Assembly (NCBI GenBank): GCA_965153455.1
Contig: OZ234493.1
Location: 34,462,213-34,526,212 of the forward strand
Direction: 5' to 3'
DNA: 64,000 bases
From: Sphagnum compactum
Taxonomy: Eukaryota
Every line of letters begins with the position of its first letter. The first letter of the stretch is position 1. This document shows positions 1 through 13,525 of the stretch, one piece after another. The notes beneath the pieces are model-generated. The model saw only the letters and a list, made by a program, of their open reading frames with translations. It was not told the origin of the DNA and did no database searches. The translations under genes and the position numbers were made by a program.

Positions 1-954
1 GTACAACTTTTTGATAAGAAAGAGAGCCAATAAAGTTAGTAAATGTGCACAAGATAGAGCAAAAGGAATTTCTAGATTGTTTTAAAATTTCAGAAATTTC
101 AAGGGCAAAATGTTGAAAGTGTAAAAAATCTCAAGACAATGTTGCCTTCAAATTGGCAAATGTGAAAACACAATAATTGATGTATTCATATGTTTTGAAG
201 TCAAAAGATAGAGAACTTGTAACCACATGAAATTTCAGATCTTTTCATATAGAAAGTGACTTGACAAGGTGAAAACACAATGTTAAGTTTCAAACAATTA
301 CTATCTTGAAATAACACAAAGCTTCAAGCTACAACACAATTTACCATTAATCTTGAGCAACTTCTTTAAAAATCTTGGTCTTCAACAACCTCCTTTGACA
401 TGACATGGTCATCAACAACAACAACAAAAAATATAAAGAATGTTTTTGAACCACCATCCCTTGCACAAGTTGTTAAAATATTAAGATCTAACTTGTGCCA
501 ATAATTATTAGAAAAGTTTAACTTGAGATGCTGCTGAAAGCTTCCCTTGTTCTAAAATGAATTCAGCTCCACACTTGATTGTTGATTCTGATGACGAGGC
601 AAAATGCTCTTGATTGGCTTGCTTATAATGATTGACCGAGCCGATTGCATTAAATAGGTTTAGTCTCACTCATTTTATAGTGTCTCACTTTTCATGTATA
701 CAGGGTAACAATTGGGAAACAATAAATACATTGCGGTGAATGTGATAAATAGTGCCAGAGGGTCAACATTGCCGGAGTATGGGTAGAACTGCTCTAATAA
801 CATAAGAGTCTGATTTTTCTCTCTTCAACAACATGCAGTATACATGTGTATTCGTACATTTGCTCGGTGTTTAATTTTGAGCTCTGATTCAGTACCTCTG
901 CAGGCTTGTCTCGTGTTGACACTGGGTATGGCATTTCAAAGATTTAACTTAGCA

Positions 955-1700
955 GTTCCCGAGATAGGAAGAGCAAAGTTAGACTTTTTAGTCTTTGGGG
1001 GTGTCACATTGCATTTGTAGATAACTTTTTGTATCATATGGGAATCCACTTCCTTCGCTACGTGCATGGTGGGGGAAAGTACGTGTAAGGTGAGGAGAGG
1101 ACAGTTTCGTATAATGTTATGTGAAATGCTTTCGCAACCATTGCGAAAAATGTAATTTTTCATGTGTCGCGAGAGTAGACCCATGTCCTTCCATCCTCAC
1201 GCTATAATTTTCATGACATTGAATTAACATTGTGTTATTAATCAATGGTGTACCCACGTTGGCAGACGTTGTCATTGTCGATCCACTTGAGTTGATTTAA
1301 TTTCACAAACTGCTCTTTCTCGTGGGGTTACCATAACAATTGCAGCTCATATGAAAAATGGTTTTTATCATGATCAATTTTTAGTGGACATGTTTTTCCC
1401 TCTAGTTGTAGACATTTTTGAATGTCTACACCATCATGGCATGGAGAGTGAAAAGCATTGGAGGCTCTCTTCTCTCAATTTTGTGTGCATTTTATAGGCA
1501 GAGGGTGTCACTGACGATACAACAAGTGCAAACAATCTATTTTTAAATAGATGGGCAGTTGTAATAGGTGAAGGTTCTTCTAGGCTAGGCATCCTTTCAG
1601 AAGGTCCTCCCCTTTCCTTATTTGATATGCTTCTTGCGATTGGAGGCGGTTTGAGAACTTGATGTTCCCCTTGTGATTCGCCCTCTTAGGTGATTCTTTT
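955..1700 (+). mobile_element. Degenerate 3' fragment of a restriction-like-endonuclease non-LTR retrotransposon (CRE-like LINE)
   Basis: Broken + frames give a CCHC-like knuckle (SHCIC..MGIHFLRYVHGGE, ~1003-1078), then INIVLLINGVPTLADVVIVDP and AAHMKNGFYHDQFLVDMFFPLVVDIFECLH. This resembles the D..D...K..Y...F.PL..E.FG RLE domain at the C-terminus of CRE-clade LINEs. Stops and frameshifts present; boundaries approximate. Confidence 0.6.
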
Positions 1701-2504
1701 GTCTTCTTGGATGTGGGTCCTTCCATTTTGTTCCTTGTATTCCCCCTTTTTTGGTTGCTTTGGTTTTTATTTGATTGGCATGGGTCCATCATCATTATCA
1801 TTTTGAGACACTGGCTTATTTACTTCACTTACAATCCATTGGATATTTTGTTTCGGTTACTCCTTTTGATGACTACTGGGTCATCACGGTTTGTCTCCTT
1901 AGCACCATATGTGCCGACTTTGCCTGCTGGTTTCCAGCAGCTGTGCAGCTGGGTTTATGTTTGTGAAATCGTTGGTTGCTAAAGATTCCTACTAGTGGCA
2001 CTGCATTCTGCAGTCCTGACATGGATTCTACAAAGCACAATGTATTAGCAGCAGAAGTTTTGACTTCTGGTCGGTCATTGCTGCCTGCCAAGGTTCTACT
2101 CTTGTTTTTTAATCAAGAAATCCAGTTGCTTCAAGCCTCAACGAGGATGGACACCTACCTACTCTTAAGTCCCCAGTCTCTTAAGTCTGATTAGAGAATA
2201 AAAGGGTTGAAGTTGGCAGAGACCAGGTCTAGGATAACTAGCTGTTGCCAGGTTGGGTCCCCAAAACACTTGAAGCTAAACTTAACTCTGAAAATCAAAC
2301 TAAAAAGTGGAGCTTCAGAGTGGAGCTGATCCACTCTCTGAGTTCCGACCAATCTGTCCAATTAATAGTTGTGTAAAAGCCCGGGCAGTGACCAAGAAGA
2401 CAATGTATGCAGCAATGCACAAGCAGCAGCATTGTGTAAAACACCTGTGAACCTCAGGCATCACACAGGTAGGTGGTAGCATTTAAGGTACAAGCTGAGT
2501 TTTG

Positions 2505-2830
2505 TTGGCCTTGCCTTGGCAGGCAAGGAAATTGTTGTGTCTAGATTCATTATAGAGAATATAAAGTAGCTTAAGGGATTTTGGTCCCTAGGTAATAATA
2601 ATAGGTCTATTTTTATATGAGGATCTTCGAAAGATGATATTGTGGTTTGTGTTGAAACTTGAGATTAGTTATAGAGTTATAATATCTTGAAGGATTATGG
2701 TTTCTTTCGGAGGATTTTTTGAAGATTAGATTTGTGCATGGTGAAATATTTGAATTTCCATAAATTCTTCTTTTGCCTTAAGATACTTATTAATGTAAAT
2801 GCCAAGGCCACAGTGTGACACACCTCTTGT
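2505..2830 (+). mobile_element. Non-autonomous Helitron2/Helentron-like element, copy 1
   Basis: About 325 bp, closely similar to 3765-4100 and 34280-34800. 5' TTGGCCTTGCC plus hairpin CCTTGCC..GGCAAGG; subterminal inverted copy GCCAAGGCCA (2801-2810); GTGTG-A-CACAC stem; CTTGTT end; no TSD. Confidence 0.6.
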
Positions 2831-3764
2831 TTTTCTCCTACTTGCAGCCACTACATATGACCACTAAGCAGGGAGAGGGGACTTTGAACCGTCCCCCCCC
2901 CACCCACAAGAGAAGGCTCTTAGATGATTTTGAGTGGGGGGGGGGACTTGAGGGGATGTGCCCCCTCATATATATGGCAAGGTGAAGTTGCTTTACTAAG
3001 AAGCATCTGCCAAGTTAGTGGATGGATTAGCTTGTCCTACTTAATGCATTTACAGGTAGAACTAACCAAGGGCTTTAGCACCAACATTTGCTAAGTCTTG
3101 ACATTTCTTGGTCCCATTTGCTTTTTGGAGGAGGAAGAGGCTATGAGCACTTTACAAAAATACTGGACGCTGGTGACATCATGTCACTCATTCGTGTGTT
3201 TGAGATATTTGATGAGATCTTAAGACATTTTCTGTAGTAGTGTTGCTTTTTTTCAATTTTGTGATGTTGTCACACTAGCGATCATCCATAAGGAGATCAA
3301 CCCATCGTTTTGCTACCATAGACCAGCTAGGAAAGCAGAAATTTAATTAAAATCCTTTTATACCCTGACTACTACTTGCTTGAACAATGTGTAGAAACAT
3401 GATGATTTTTTAAATGTGTTTTGATTCATTTGGGAATATGCAACAAAACAATTTTTTCAAAAAAAATCCGCAAATGATGAAATTATGAACTTTTTCCACA
3501 AAAAAGAAATGTTGTTCCATAGTTGAGTGTCTCGAAACACGCAATGCCAACACTATTGGGAGGGGTGCTATTTGAGGTCAAAAAGGGGTGCAAGGTGTTG
3601 GAGTAACAATATGCACTCCTTTTTTATTGTCCTTCATGCCTCCCCCCCCCCCCCCCCCAAGTGCACACAAAATAGTCAATCTTGTGATAGTGGAGATGAA
3701 TTGAAAATGACTAAGTACTCTTTCACATGTCCACTCATAGTTTTATATTGTTGTAATGTATCTG

Positions 3765-4100
3765 TTGGCCTTTGCCTAGCAAGGCAAGGATATTGTGTTT
3801 AGATTCATTATAGAGTATAGTAGCTTAAGGGATTTTAATAGGCCCCTACTAGGTAATAATAATAGGTCTAATTTTATATGAGGATTTTTGAAAGATGATA
3901 CTTTGGCTTGTGTTGAAACTTGAGATTAGTTATAGAGTTATAATATCTTGAAGGATTTTGGTTTCTTTTAAAGGATCTTTTGAAGATTATATTTTTGCAT
4001 GGTGAAATATTTGAGTTTCTATAATTCTTCTTTTGCCTTAAGATACTCTTAAATTTATTTCAATGGCAAGGCCACAGTGTGACTGACACACCCCCTTGTT
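3765..4100 (+). mobile_element. Non-autonomous Helitron2/Helentron-like element, copy 2
   Basis: Direct repeat of 2505-2830 with the same termini: TTGGCCTTTGCC..GGCAAGG at the 5' end; GGCAAGGCCA, GTGT-GACTG-ACAC, CCCTTGTT at the 3' end. Confidence 0.6.
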
Positions 4101-7100
4101 TGGTTCCTTTTGATTCAGCGTTTTATTTGGTGCGAAATTTCGCCAAAATGAGAAAAATAAAGATGAAAATGAATATTATGTCACTATATTTCCATTTTTT
4201 TCTGACAAATTTGCAAAATTTTGAGATTTTTTTTTGGGGGGCCATTTGGATTATGGTTTTAGTTTGGTGGCAGTTTTCTAAATAGTTTTTTCACTAATTT
4301 AAACAAATTCTAAAAACTTGTTGTCATTTAATGCTGAATCCCTCTTGGAAATTTGGAAAAAAAAAATCATTGTTTTGATTTAGTAAGTAATGTTGTATTA
4401 GTTCCGGATCTATAATTTTGATGGTGTACTTAGCCATTTGAGAGTATGGATTTCAAGTTTAAAATCCATAGGTTAAGATGTTTATCTATATGTTCAGGAT
4501 ATTTATGAATTCTATATATTGTTTTGTTCAAAGATTAGGGTTCCTTAGGAATAAGGACTCTAGGACTTTATTTTCACAAATTTGTACAAATAAAGTGTAC
4601 ACAAGAATAATTTGAGTGAGACAAAAATGAACGGTGCAAATTAAAATAATTCATGTGATGATGACGATGATTTTTTATGTGCACACTGCATACATTGTTC
4701 TACATTAATATTTTGGTTCAAAATTTAAAATGAAAAACATGTTCAAATACTCTTATATGAACAAGTTAATTTTTCTTTACATGATTATTTTTTGCATATG
4801 TGATATCATATGCACACTTGGGGCTACAATTTCCAAGTGTACTAAAATACAAGGAAGTGATCAAAAAAATTATTTGTTTTCCTTACAACACTATGGAATG
4901 AATTATCTAGCTTTCAAAATTCTTTTATGATTTATAGTTTAATCAAATGCATCCAACGAATATTGCTAAATATAAATGTAAGAATTTTTAATTAATTATA
5001 TTTTTTTGAAATTGATTACATTACTTAATGGTTTTTAAAAATCTTTTTCAAAATTGCAATTAAGACAACTAATATTATTATTTTGAAAGACTCAAAAAAA
5101 CACTTATATAGTATCCAATCTCTTAATAAATACTTTTATTAATTAACATCACATCATTCTAATTATAATCATTAAAAAATCCACTATAATTATAATCATA
5201 TAAATATCACTAAAACCCATAATTGGATTACATAATCCTTGTCTTCAACCTCAAATAAGCCCATGTCCCACCTTATGTGTCCAAAGCATTCTTGGGCTTC
5301 CAAACAAGATCTTAATTGACACATACCCATTTGTAAAGGGTCATTTTTTTCAACCATTATGGCTATTTGTAAATCAAACGTAATTTTGCACATGTCCCAA
5401 TGTTATGTGCTTAGAAAATTGTTGGGCAACCACAAAAATTTTGTATCAAGGAACGAATGTTCAAAAGACCAAGCATTATACGAGGGCATTTTGTTGAATA
5501 GTTTTTTGTCTTTAACTTCCAGTGTTCCCATTTTTGGCATGTGGAGATTTCCAAAAACTACACAAACACTTTCAATGATTTGTTAATGAGCTCACGCTTT
5601 CTTTTAAGTGCATTTGGAATTGGTGAAATCAAATAACCGTGTATTAACCTCCACCAATTCAACAAATTTGTTTACATGCAACAAACAATTAAATACATTC
5701 ATTTTATTTTTTACGGCTAAAACATATCAATTTGTAACTAGTTGTAACATACAATTAAAAACCAAGGCCCATTGTTTAATCAGTATTAGAAATTGCAATG
5801 CCTCCAAATATTATGGTGGTTCCTAAGGTTCATAATCATAATTCTCAAATAAATTAAACAACTAGTTTTGATATTCAATACTCACTTCTGAAATTTCCAA
5901 TTATTTAATAATTGTTTCATGGAAACAATTTATTCTTTTATTCTTTTGAAATAACTAAAACCAATGGTTATTAATAAAATTAAAATACCCACCAAGCATT
6001 GTTAAAAACCTTATCTAAAAACCTTATGTAGTTGGTTTCCCTATTTGCACAATCTCACTATCTTGTTCAATGCATGAAATCCACAGAGGACCTCTCTTCT
6101 TAAAAGATCACAATTTCTTTTATTTTGGCAAATACACATTAGACCAAATTGTTGATGCATTCACTTCTTGTTAACAAAGTGAGTTTTGACTTAAACTATG
6201 TATGTGGAATGTGTTCAATAAGATGATTCACATGATGTGACCTCTTGGACATCCATAATGTTGGAACATGTCAAACGTTGGCAAAAGGAAAAAACAATGG
6301 ATTTCAACAATTGCAATGGGAAACAAGTGTGCATTCAATTCAATTTTCTCCATGAGAATCCCAAATGCATTTGTTGATGTAATGATAATTGAAGAAGGCA
6401 AACATGATCATGAACAAGTTGTTTAGAGTGGTTTCATATTGAACATAATTATGGGGGTATGTATGTTGGGCATAAATGCAAGAGCATTGAAGCCTTTTTA
6501 TGCCTACAATGTGGGCTTTGGGAAAGCCATGGTACTAGGAAATGTGCAAGGCATAGGAACTATTAAGGCAAGTACAATGGGAAGGTGTCCAACTAGGCCC
6601 CATCACTTTTGTGGGTATAATTCAAATTGGTTGTGTATGGGCCATTCTTGTTGACAATGCATGGGCTTGGAAAATGTTTCAAAAGCGATCAAGATCAATC
6701 TTCACATGATCATGAGTCTTTGGATTGCCTTAGTTCTTGAACATTTGAAATGTGGCCAAAAAGTGGATAAGAATTGGAAGTACTACGTCCAAAAATGCAA
6801 TGAATGTGTGGAATATCAACCAAAATCAATGACTTCTATGTAGTTTCTATTTGCACATGCAAGTGTATTGATCCTTTACAACTCTTCCAAACGGAAGGCA
6901 AAATGCATTGTTCACTCAAGAAGCTCAATCACCAAAATCCACTCCAATTACATCGAGGGATGACCAATATTGAAATATATATATATTCCTATTTAATGAG
7001 ATTGGTCGTTATGCCTCTATCCACGATCAAGTCATTGCATTTCTAACAAATTTGAGTGAAACCTTTGATGTTAATAGAGCGGTCATTCTGTTGTTTATCA

Positions 7101-9145
7101 TTCAAGTTGGTCATCAACATGCACTTAATAGGTTTTATTTGCATAAGATGCTTGGTGGGCTGAAGTTTCAAACACCTTATTGTTTTAAAGAGGATGGCTT
7201 GTCATGAACATAAAACATGAACTTGAAGCTTTGAGCTTGTAACTTAAAGCTAATGTGATTTTAATCCACCTACATGGATGAATGTGTTGATAGATGAATG
7301 ATTTCATATGGATGAATTTTATTTATGATTTGGATTAAATAAATTATAGGATGAAATTCATCCATAATTGGAAGATAAATAAATTGACAATTATTTATAT
7401 CCATCTTCATTTGTTGTCCAAGTATTAATATCTCAAACTTGAATGTCATTTAACAATAATATATAATGTGACTATAAAGGAAAATATGATGATGGCACCA
7501 AAAGAATTTTTAAAATTTTGTTTAAAAAATCATTTTCGTCAACAATGTTAAACGATTAAAAATTTATTGTTATGGGATCAATGTTAAACCCCCCCTTTGT
7601 TGTAAACAACATTATATCTATACTTTGTGAAAAATTAGGGCACCTTGAAAATAATTATTAAAAGCAACCCCATCATCCTCTATGATAGTAAGTTATTTGA
7701 AGAAAGCTAATTAACGTGCCTAAAATTGAATTTTAATTTATTTCAGAAACCCATTCTCATCAATGACAATAGCAAGTTTAAAGATATCTAAAGCATTCAA
7801 AACCCATCGTTTTCAACAATAGTAGTTAGATTTGATGAAAGTTATGGCACCTTCAAAGAAGAATGAAAAACATTTCCCCATTGTCATCCACAACATTTAT
7901 AAATAGGTTTGAAGGAAGTTATGACTCCTTTGGAAAGGAAAAGAACCTAATGTCGTCAATGACATTGGGTTAGTTTGCCCTAGAACAAAAACAACAAAAA
8001 CAAAATTCATGTTAAAAAATTTTGTTCAAAAAACAACCATGGGGTGGATGTTAGCATGATAATAATAATATAGTTAAGACATATTGAAAATAATGGCACT
8101 TTAAACCATAGCCATCAAATACATTTATAATGTAATTTACATTATATTATTCAACAAATGTTATATCATATGTAATTAAATTGTATTTCATGAAGCTCTA
8201 GTTAATTAAATTAAGGGAAAAAAAAAATTTGTCGATAAAAACTTAATTAAAATAAAACATTCATGCATAATTTTGATGGAAGTTCTATATATTAAAAACA
8301 TGTAAATTCAATTTATTTTTTAATCCATATATTAGATGAATGAAAAAAATCATTCATCTATAATGAAGATGAATGCTTACATTCATTCCCATGTTTGCTT
8401 CTAAGTTTATTTATATAACATTCATTTTGTGGTTAAATTCTTGGGCTTTATTTGTGTGTGTATATAAAGGAAAAGGCATTTTACCATCCCAAGTTCCAAC
8501 TCTAGGCTCTAGGTTCAGACTTTAAACTCATGCAACTACTTGCCTCTTGTTTTAAACTAAATAGATACCAATAAAACCTAATCAAATTTTGTAGATTGCT
8601 TGGTTAGAAAATTTTGTGGAATGCTCAATTTTCATGCGCTACCAAAACAATTCTTAAAGAAGTTAATGTTATCTTGGATAATGAGTTAAATGAGCATTTG
8701 GTCTCACATCTATCATTCACATTGATCAAATAAAACTACCCAAACATTCTCTTTCACCCTTCAAACAAATACCCATTTACATTGCACACTCATGGAATGG
8801 GAATCTCTACATGAACTCATTTAGGACCCAACAAGTGGTCATCAAATATCATGACTCCTATCATAGAAGGATTCAAGTTCCTTCCTTGAACTTTTTTCAA
8901 AACTCTCAAGGCATATGAAAGGGAACTCCTTTTAACATTTTCCTCAAGGCCCCAAAGTAGAATAATAGGGAACAATGTTCTACAGTTACATGAATTTTTA
9001 AAGAGCCACCAATTTTAATTTTAAATATTCCAAAATCAAAGAACTACTAGTTCTAGTTTTCTGGAAAAAAAAAAATCAAAATAAAAAACAAAAGCCAAAA
9101 ACTATTGATCCTAGTTATTTCAAAAACCTTAAAGAACATGTGGTT

Positions 9146-9352
9146 TGTTAGCATTTTACATTAGATAGTTTATACATTCATCCAATACATTCACACATTG
9201 ATGGAACATTATGGCTTTTCCCCTTTCATGTCTTTTAACTCCTTCTTTAGGTTCCTTGTACTCTAATTACTATGGATGCAACAATGTAAGAGTTTAGTTT
9301 TCTTCTTTCACTCAAAATTGTTTTCCCAATCTTGGCTTTGCTTTACTCAACA
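9146..9352 (+). repeat. 5' LTR of copia element A
   Basis: TG...CA ends, followed by the PBS. Shares blocks such as CTCCTTCTTTAGG and CAACAATGTAAGAGTTT with the 3' LTR. Confidence 0.88.
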
Positions 9353-9364
9353 TGGTACCAAAGT
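9353..9364 (+). promoter_or_regulatory. Primer-binding site (3' end of initiator tRNA-Met), degenerate
   Basis: TGGTACCAAAGT versus canonical TGGTATCAGAGC, directly after the LTR-terminal CA. Confidence 0.75.
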
Positions 9365-10315
9365 GAATACCAAACAAATTTCCTATAATATCCAGAGAAT
9401 TCAAATTTTAATTGGAATTTAAATAAATCAATAAATCAATGGCTTTTGTACATCCATCTTTTTTTTAAAAGAAATTTACACCTTCAATCAATACACACAT
9501 CAAATATGTCTTGTAGGTTTTGTATATTATTACCACAAGTTATCCATAAAATTGTGGAAATATTTATGTTACATGAAATTTTTCAAATCAGAAAACAAAA
9601 TTAATAAAAGAAAATATGGTAGAAGAAAATGGGATCTTGCCATAAGGTTTGATAACATGCATAAAAATCTTTTAATCTTAAAGAATAAAGTGTGTACATA
9701 TATGTCTCAATTCAAGGTTTCTAATTTATGTAACATCACAAGATTTGATGGAACTTATTTTCATGTTTGGAAATATAACATGAAACTAGTTTTAAAATCT
9801 GAAAATTTATTAAAAATTGTTGAAGGATTGGAAATCTTGTTTCTCCTCCTACCACTCTTGGTGGCACTATTCATCATTTACCTCCCACCAAACTAGGGAG
9901 TAAAGACAAATTTCAACAAAACGATACACATGCATTAACAATTATTGTAAATTGTTTACACAATAGTCAAGTGTTTCATATTAATTCTTGTAACACAACT
10001 AAAGAAACATGGGATGAACTTCTTCTATTTGTTTGAAGTACGTGATTTAGTGACAAAGATATATTGAATGGAACTATTAACAACATTGAAGATGAAGGTG
10101 AATGAAAATGTGACAAAGCATGTGCACAATTCAAAAGTCTTCTCGAACAATTGTTCATAGCCAAAAACCCGATGAAGGATGAGAAAGTAATGTTCACATT
10201 GATGCGAAACATGCCACCTTATCGAAGTTTTCTTATTTCCATAAAAGGTCAAACCCTCACCTTACAAACATTGATCACCTATTTAATACAAGAAGAAATT
10301 TTATTGAAAAGTTTA

Positions 10316-11361
10316 GGGGTGTCAACAAGATAAGACAAGCCACACCCGCCTACTTTTTGACTACTTTTGTAACAACATTTTGGGAAAATATTTCTAGAAT
10401 ATTCTTGGAATATTCTTGAAAAAATCTTTTAAAATTTTCTTCATACTATTTTATTAAGGTTTATGTTAAAAATTTGGCAAAAATTGTCATTTTCAGAAAA
10501 ATTTCAAATCCATTTACAAGTCCTTTTACTGTTTAAAAACAAGCATTACAATGCTTAATGAATGTTGTTGTTTATTTTTTATTCATTGGATTAATTTTAA
10601 ATTAATTCAAATGTTCCCATGTTATATTATGAATAAAACTATATAAACAAATCTAACAATTTCAACATCGAATGAAAGCACACTACAGTGGTCAAAAAAA
10701 TGTTGTCACAAATACTATTTTTTGAAACTATGCAACTTTCAACTTCTAGAGCCAACATTAAAAGACATTTTCATAAATTATATTCAAAATATAGTAGTTC
10801 AATAGCCAAATTAATGAAAGTGTCAAAACAAACTACATTTTTTTATTAATATTAAATGACTAAAAAGTATATTTGTGAGAATTCAGATGTTGTCACGATA
10901 TACTGCAAAGTGCAAATATACTCTAAAAGTGATTCAAATAATTGCAAAACTTGATGAAGTACTTAATCATATATTGAATATGAATTGATTGCACCATTTT
11001 AATTACAATTGAAAAGTTTGACTCATGTGATTTCACAAAAAACATCTAAACAAGTTTTTCATTCAAATGAGCATAAGTGTGTTGAAAAAAAACATTTTGT
11101 TAAAAAATTACTTTCATTTGAAAAATGACAACAATTATTCAAATCCATTTTATATGTTCATCAAAATGCTAGATCAAATCAAAGAAAAAATACCCCCAAA
11201 ATATACCAAAATATATATTTTTAAAAGAGTTTTTTTTTTTTGCTTAAAGCAACCCCCCCATAATGTGCTTTCATTTCATCAAATTAAATTACAAGTTTAA
11301 AACATGAATGAACTAAGCAAGTGTTACATTTGCCATGGTACGTGTTATTATGACTACACCC
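10316..11361. mobile_element. Non-autonomous DNA transposon (PIF/Harbinger-like, 3-bp TSD) inserted in gag of element A
   Basis: Ends GGGGTGTC... and ...ACACCC. Flanks TTA (10313-10315) and TTG (11362-11364). Removing it rejoins gag in frame (..LLKS-L-DNNVEV..). Interior AT-rich and non-coding. Confidence 0.72.
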
Positions 11362-12293
11362 TTGGACAATAATGTTGAAGTAATGACAAGTGGTTTGTTA
11401 ACCTTGCATTCAAAAAGAGGCCTTAATCCAGCAATCAACGAGCCCCTTTTAATTCACATTTTTAAAACCAAAATTTTTGCAAGCCTACCAATTATCCAAG
11501 GGGATAGATCTTCAAAACCCTCTTTTTACAATGGGAGAAAATATTCGAATCCACCTCCTAGAGAATGTTTTTATTATGGCAAAATCAACCACATTCTAAA
11601 GGATTGTCATAAACGATAAGTAGATGAAGCAGATGGGGTGTTGCTTCACAACAACCCCAATCAAAAACAAATGCTCTACATAGCAACATTGCAAGCTCAA
11701 ACCAATTCCACAACCAATGATTGGATTATTGATTCAAATGCTACTTGGCATATGGCTCATACTCGAACCACATTTGCCACATATGTGGATTTGCCACAAG
11801 GGCAATTTGCTTATACAATCAATGGATCTACCCATGAAATCAAAGGCATTGGAGAAGAAAATGTCATACTTCAAGATGGCTCAATAAAAACCATTCCACA
11901 AGTACTTCATGTATTACAATTGAAATGTAATTTTTTTCTATTAAACAATTGGCATTGGCTAGAAGACAATTTTGATTACGTGATATTCAAGCATATATGT
12001 ATATTATATAAAACATGAATTGATTGCTTGCAACTTGCACCCTTCAACATGACTTATACACCCTTGGTTGACCACAATCTTTGATCGAAGATAATGCAAA
12101 TAAAAAAGCAATGGCAATTTCATTTGACAACACCATATCTATTTGGCATAGATGTTTGAGTCACATAAGTCTTTAAAAACTACAAGACTTGGTTAACACC
12201 ACGTGGCCAAAGGTATTCATTTGAAGAATATACATGTAATTTTTTTTGTAAATCATGTAATTATGGGGAACAAACAAAGGTGTCACTCCCGAA

Positions 12294-13525
12294 CACTAGT
12301 AGAAAAAGGCCAAAATATAATTAATTGATTTGCAACTACATGTAACTAATTGTCACTTGCAACTAACTTTGGTTACTTATGTAATTAAAAACCACATCAC
12401 ACATTTTTTGGTCACATTTGTGACTACTAGGTTTTTCATTCTTCCAATGGGATTATTTTTCACACTACTTTCATCCTAGAAGGCCTTCATATGGCCCATT
12501 AGTTGAAATAACGATCAAAAAATGGTAATTAGTATTTATGTCTATACATTAAGTTATGATATAATTAATTTTATATAGGGTAAGTTATGTGTTTTGTGTT
12601 ATGGTAACTAAGTACATTAGGCATTACGTATACATTACATACTTCACATCCACTAAGGTATATACATGTATTGATTTCATGGATTGGTTAGTCATAGTTT
12701 GAAGAATTATTAACATATATTAGCCTAATATTAGCATATATGTAAAGGTGGAAATACATCAATCATCCATAGGTGTATATTAATTTAAATTCATTTGGTG
12801 TAAATTCAAATTAGTCTACCACATGGCATATTTACATTTTGTCACGTGTCACAGTTTCAAAGGGTGAAAATCCTCTAAGGTGTACTACATAGGATGAAAA
12901 GGACCTAGTCTTTACTGTAGTCCTTTTTACCTTATATTTTGATCCCTATAAAAAATAATGAATCAAAAGTTGTCAAATATTTCAAAAGGACCATATTTAA
13001 AATCATTACAATTCTAAATTCCATCATAATCATCTATGAATGTGTTTTTACACGGTAAAAAATGACTAGGTAAAAAAGACAAAAATAGGTGATGTTGTGA
13101 CAAGATTTTGATACACTTAAAAAAATTTGAACCCAAGACCATATAATCATATGAATCTATTGGCCTAGATGGGATCTCCTTTATTTTTCAATTACAAAAG
13201 AAAGAAAATTAAATGCATTAAAATGTCACCTTGTGTTGATATTAGGGAACTCCAAGTGGCAAAACATTGGTTGGCACCAAAATAGTTGCAAATTAGTCGC
13301 AAATAGCCATACATATGAAATATTTTATACGTTCGATGAAACCAATAAAATATTTTCCATTTGCATCCATGGATTGATGACATCATCATGATGTCACCAT
13401 GATTTGCGATTAATTTGCACTTGTGACTATTTTTAGGCAACCAAAAAAATTTAGTTGCAAAGTGTCATTTGCGATTAAAAAGTAGTTGCATAACCCAGTT
13501 GCAATTTAAGACTTTTCTTTTAGTG
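12294..13525. mobile_element. Non-autonomous CACTA element inserted in the integrase of element A
   Basis: Termini CACTAGTAGAAAAAGG and GACTTTTCTTTTAGTG, with subterminal TGCAACTA/TAGTTGCA repeats. Lies between the integrase CxxC (FCKSCNYGEQ) and the core (LELVHS). TSD degenerate. Confidence 0.75.
12862..13134. mobile_element. Tourist-like MITE (family copy 1) nested in the CACTA element
   Basis: About 270 bp with ~26-bp imperfect TIRs GGGTGAAAATCCTCTAAGGTGTAC / ATACACTTAAAAAAATTTGAACCC. Homologous to 42034-42302 and 52181-52448. Confidence 0.8.

Noticed and set aside
690-2870. Possible small + strand exons of a gene entering from the left (e.g. ctgcag|904-925|gtatgg; ctgcag|2013-2068|gtcggt)
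   Set aside because: Splice-like signals are present, but no recognisable protein and no consistent frame could be established.
2891-2948. C-run/G-run inverted repeat
   Set aside because: Pairing is dominated by homopolymers; no further support for function.
6050-7200. Suspected decayed transposase coding sequence
   Set aside because: Composition suggests a relic, but no diagnostic motif could be read.
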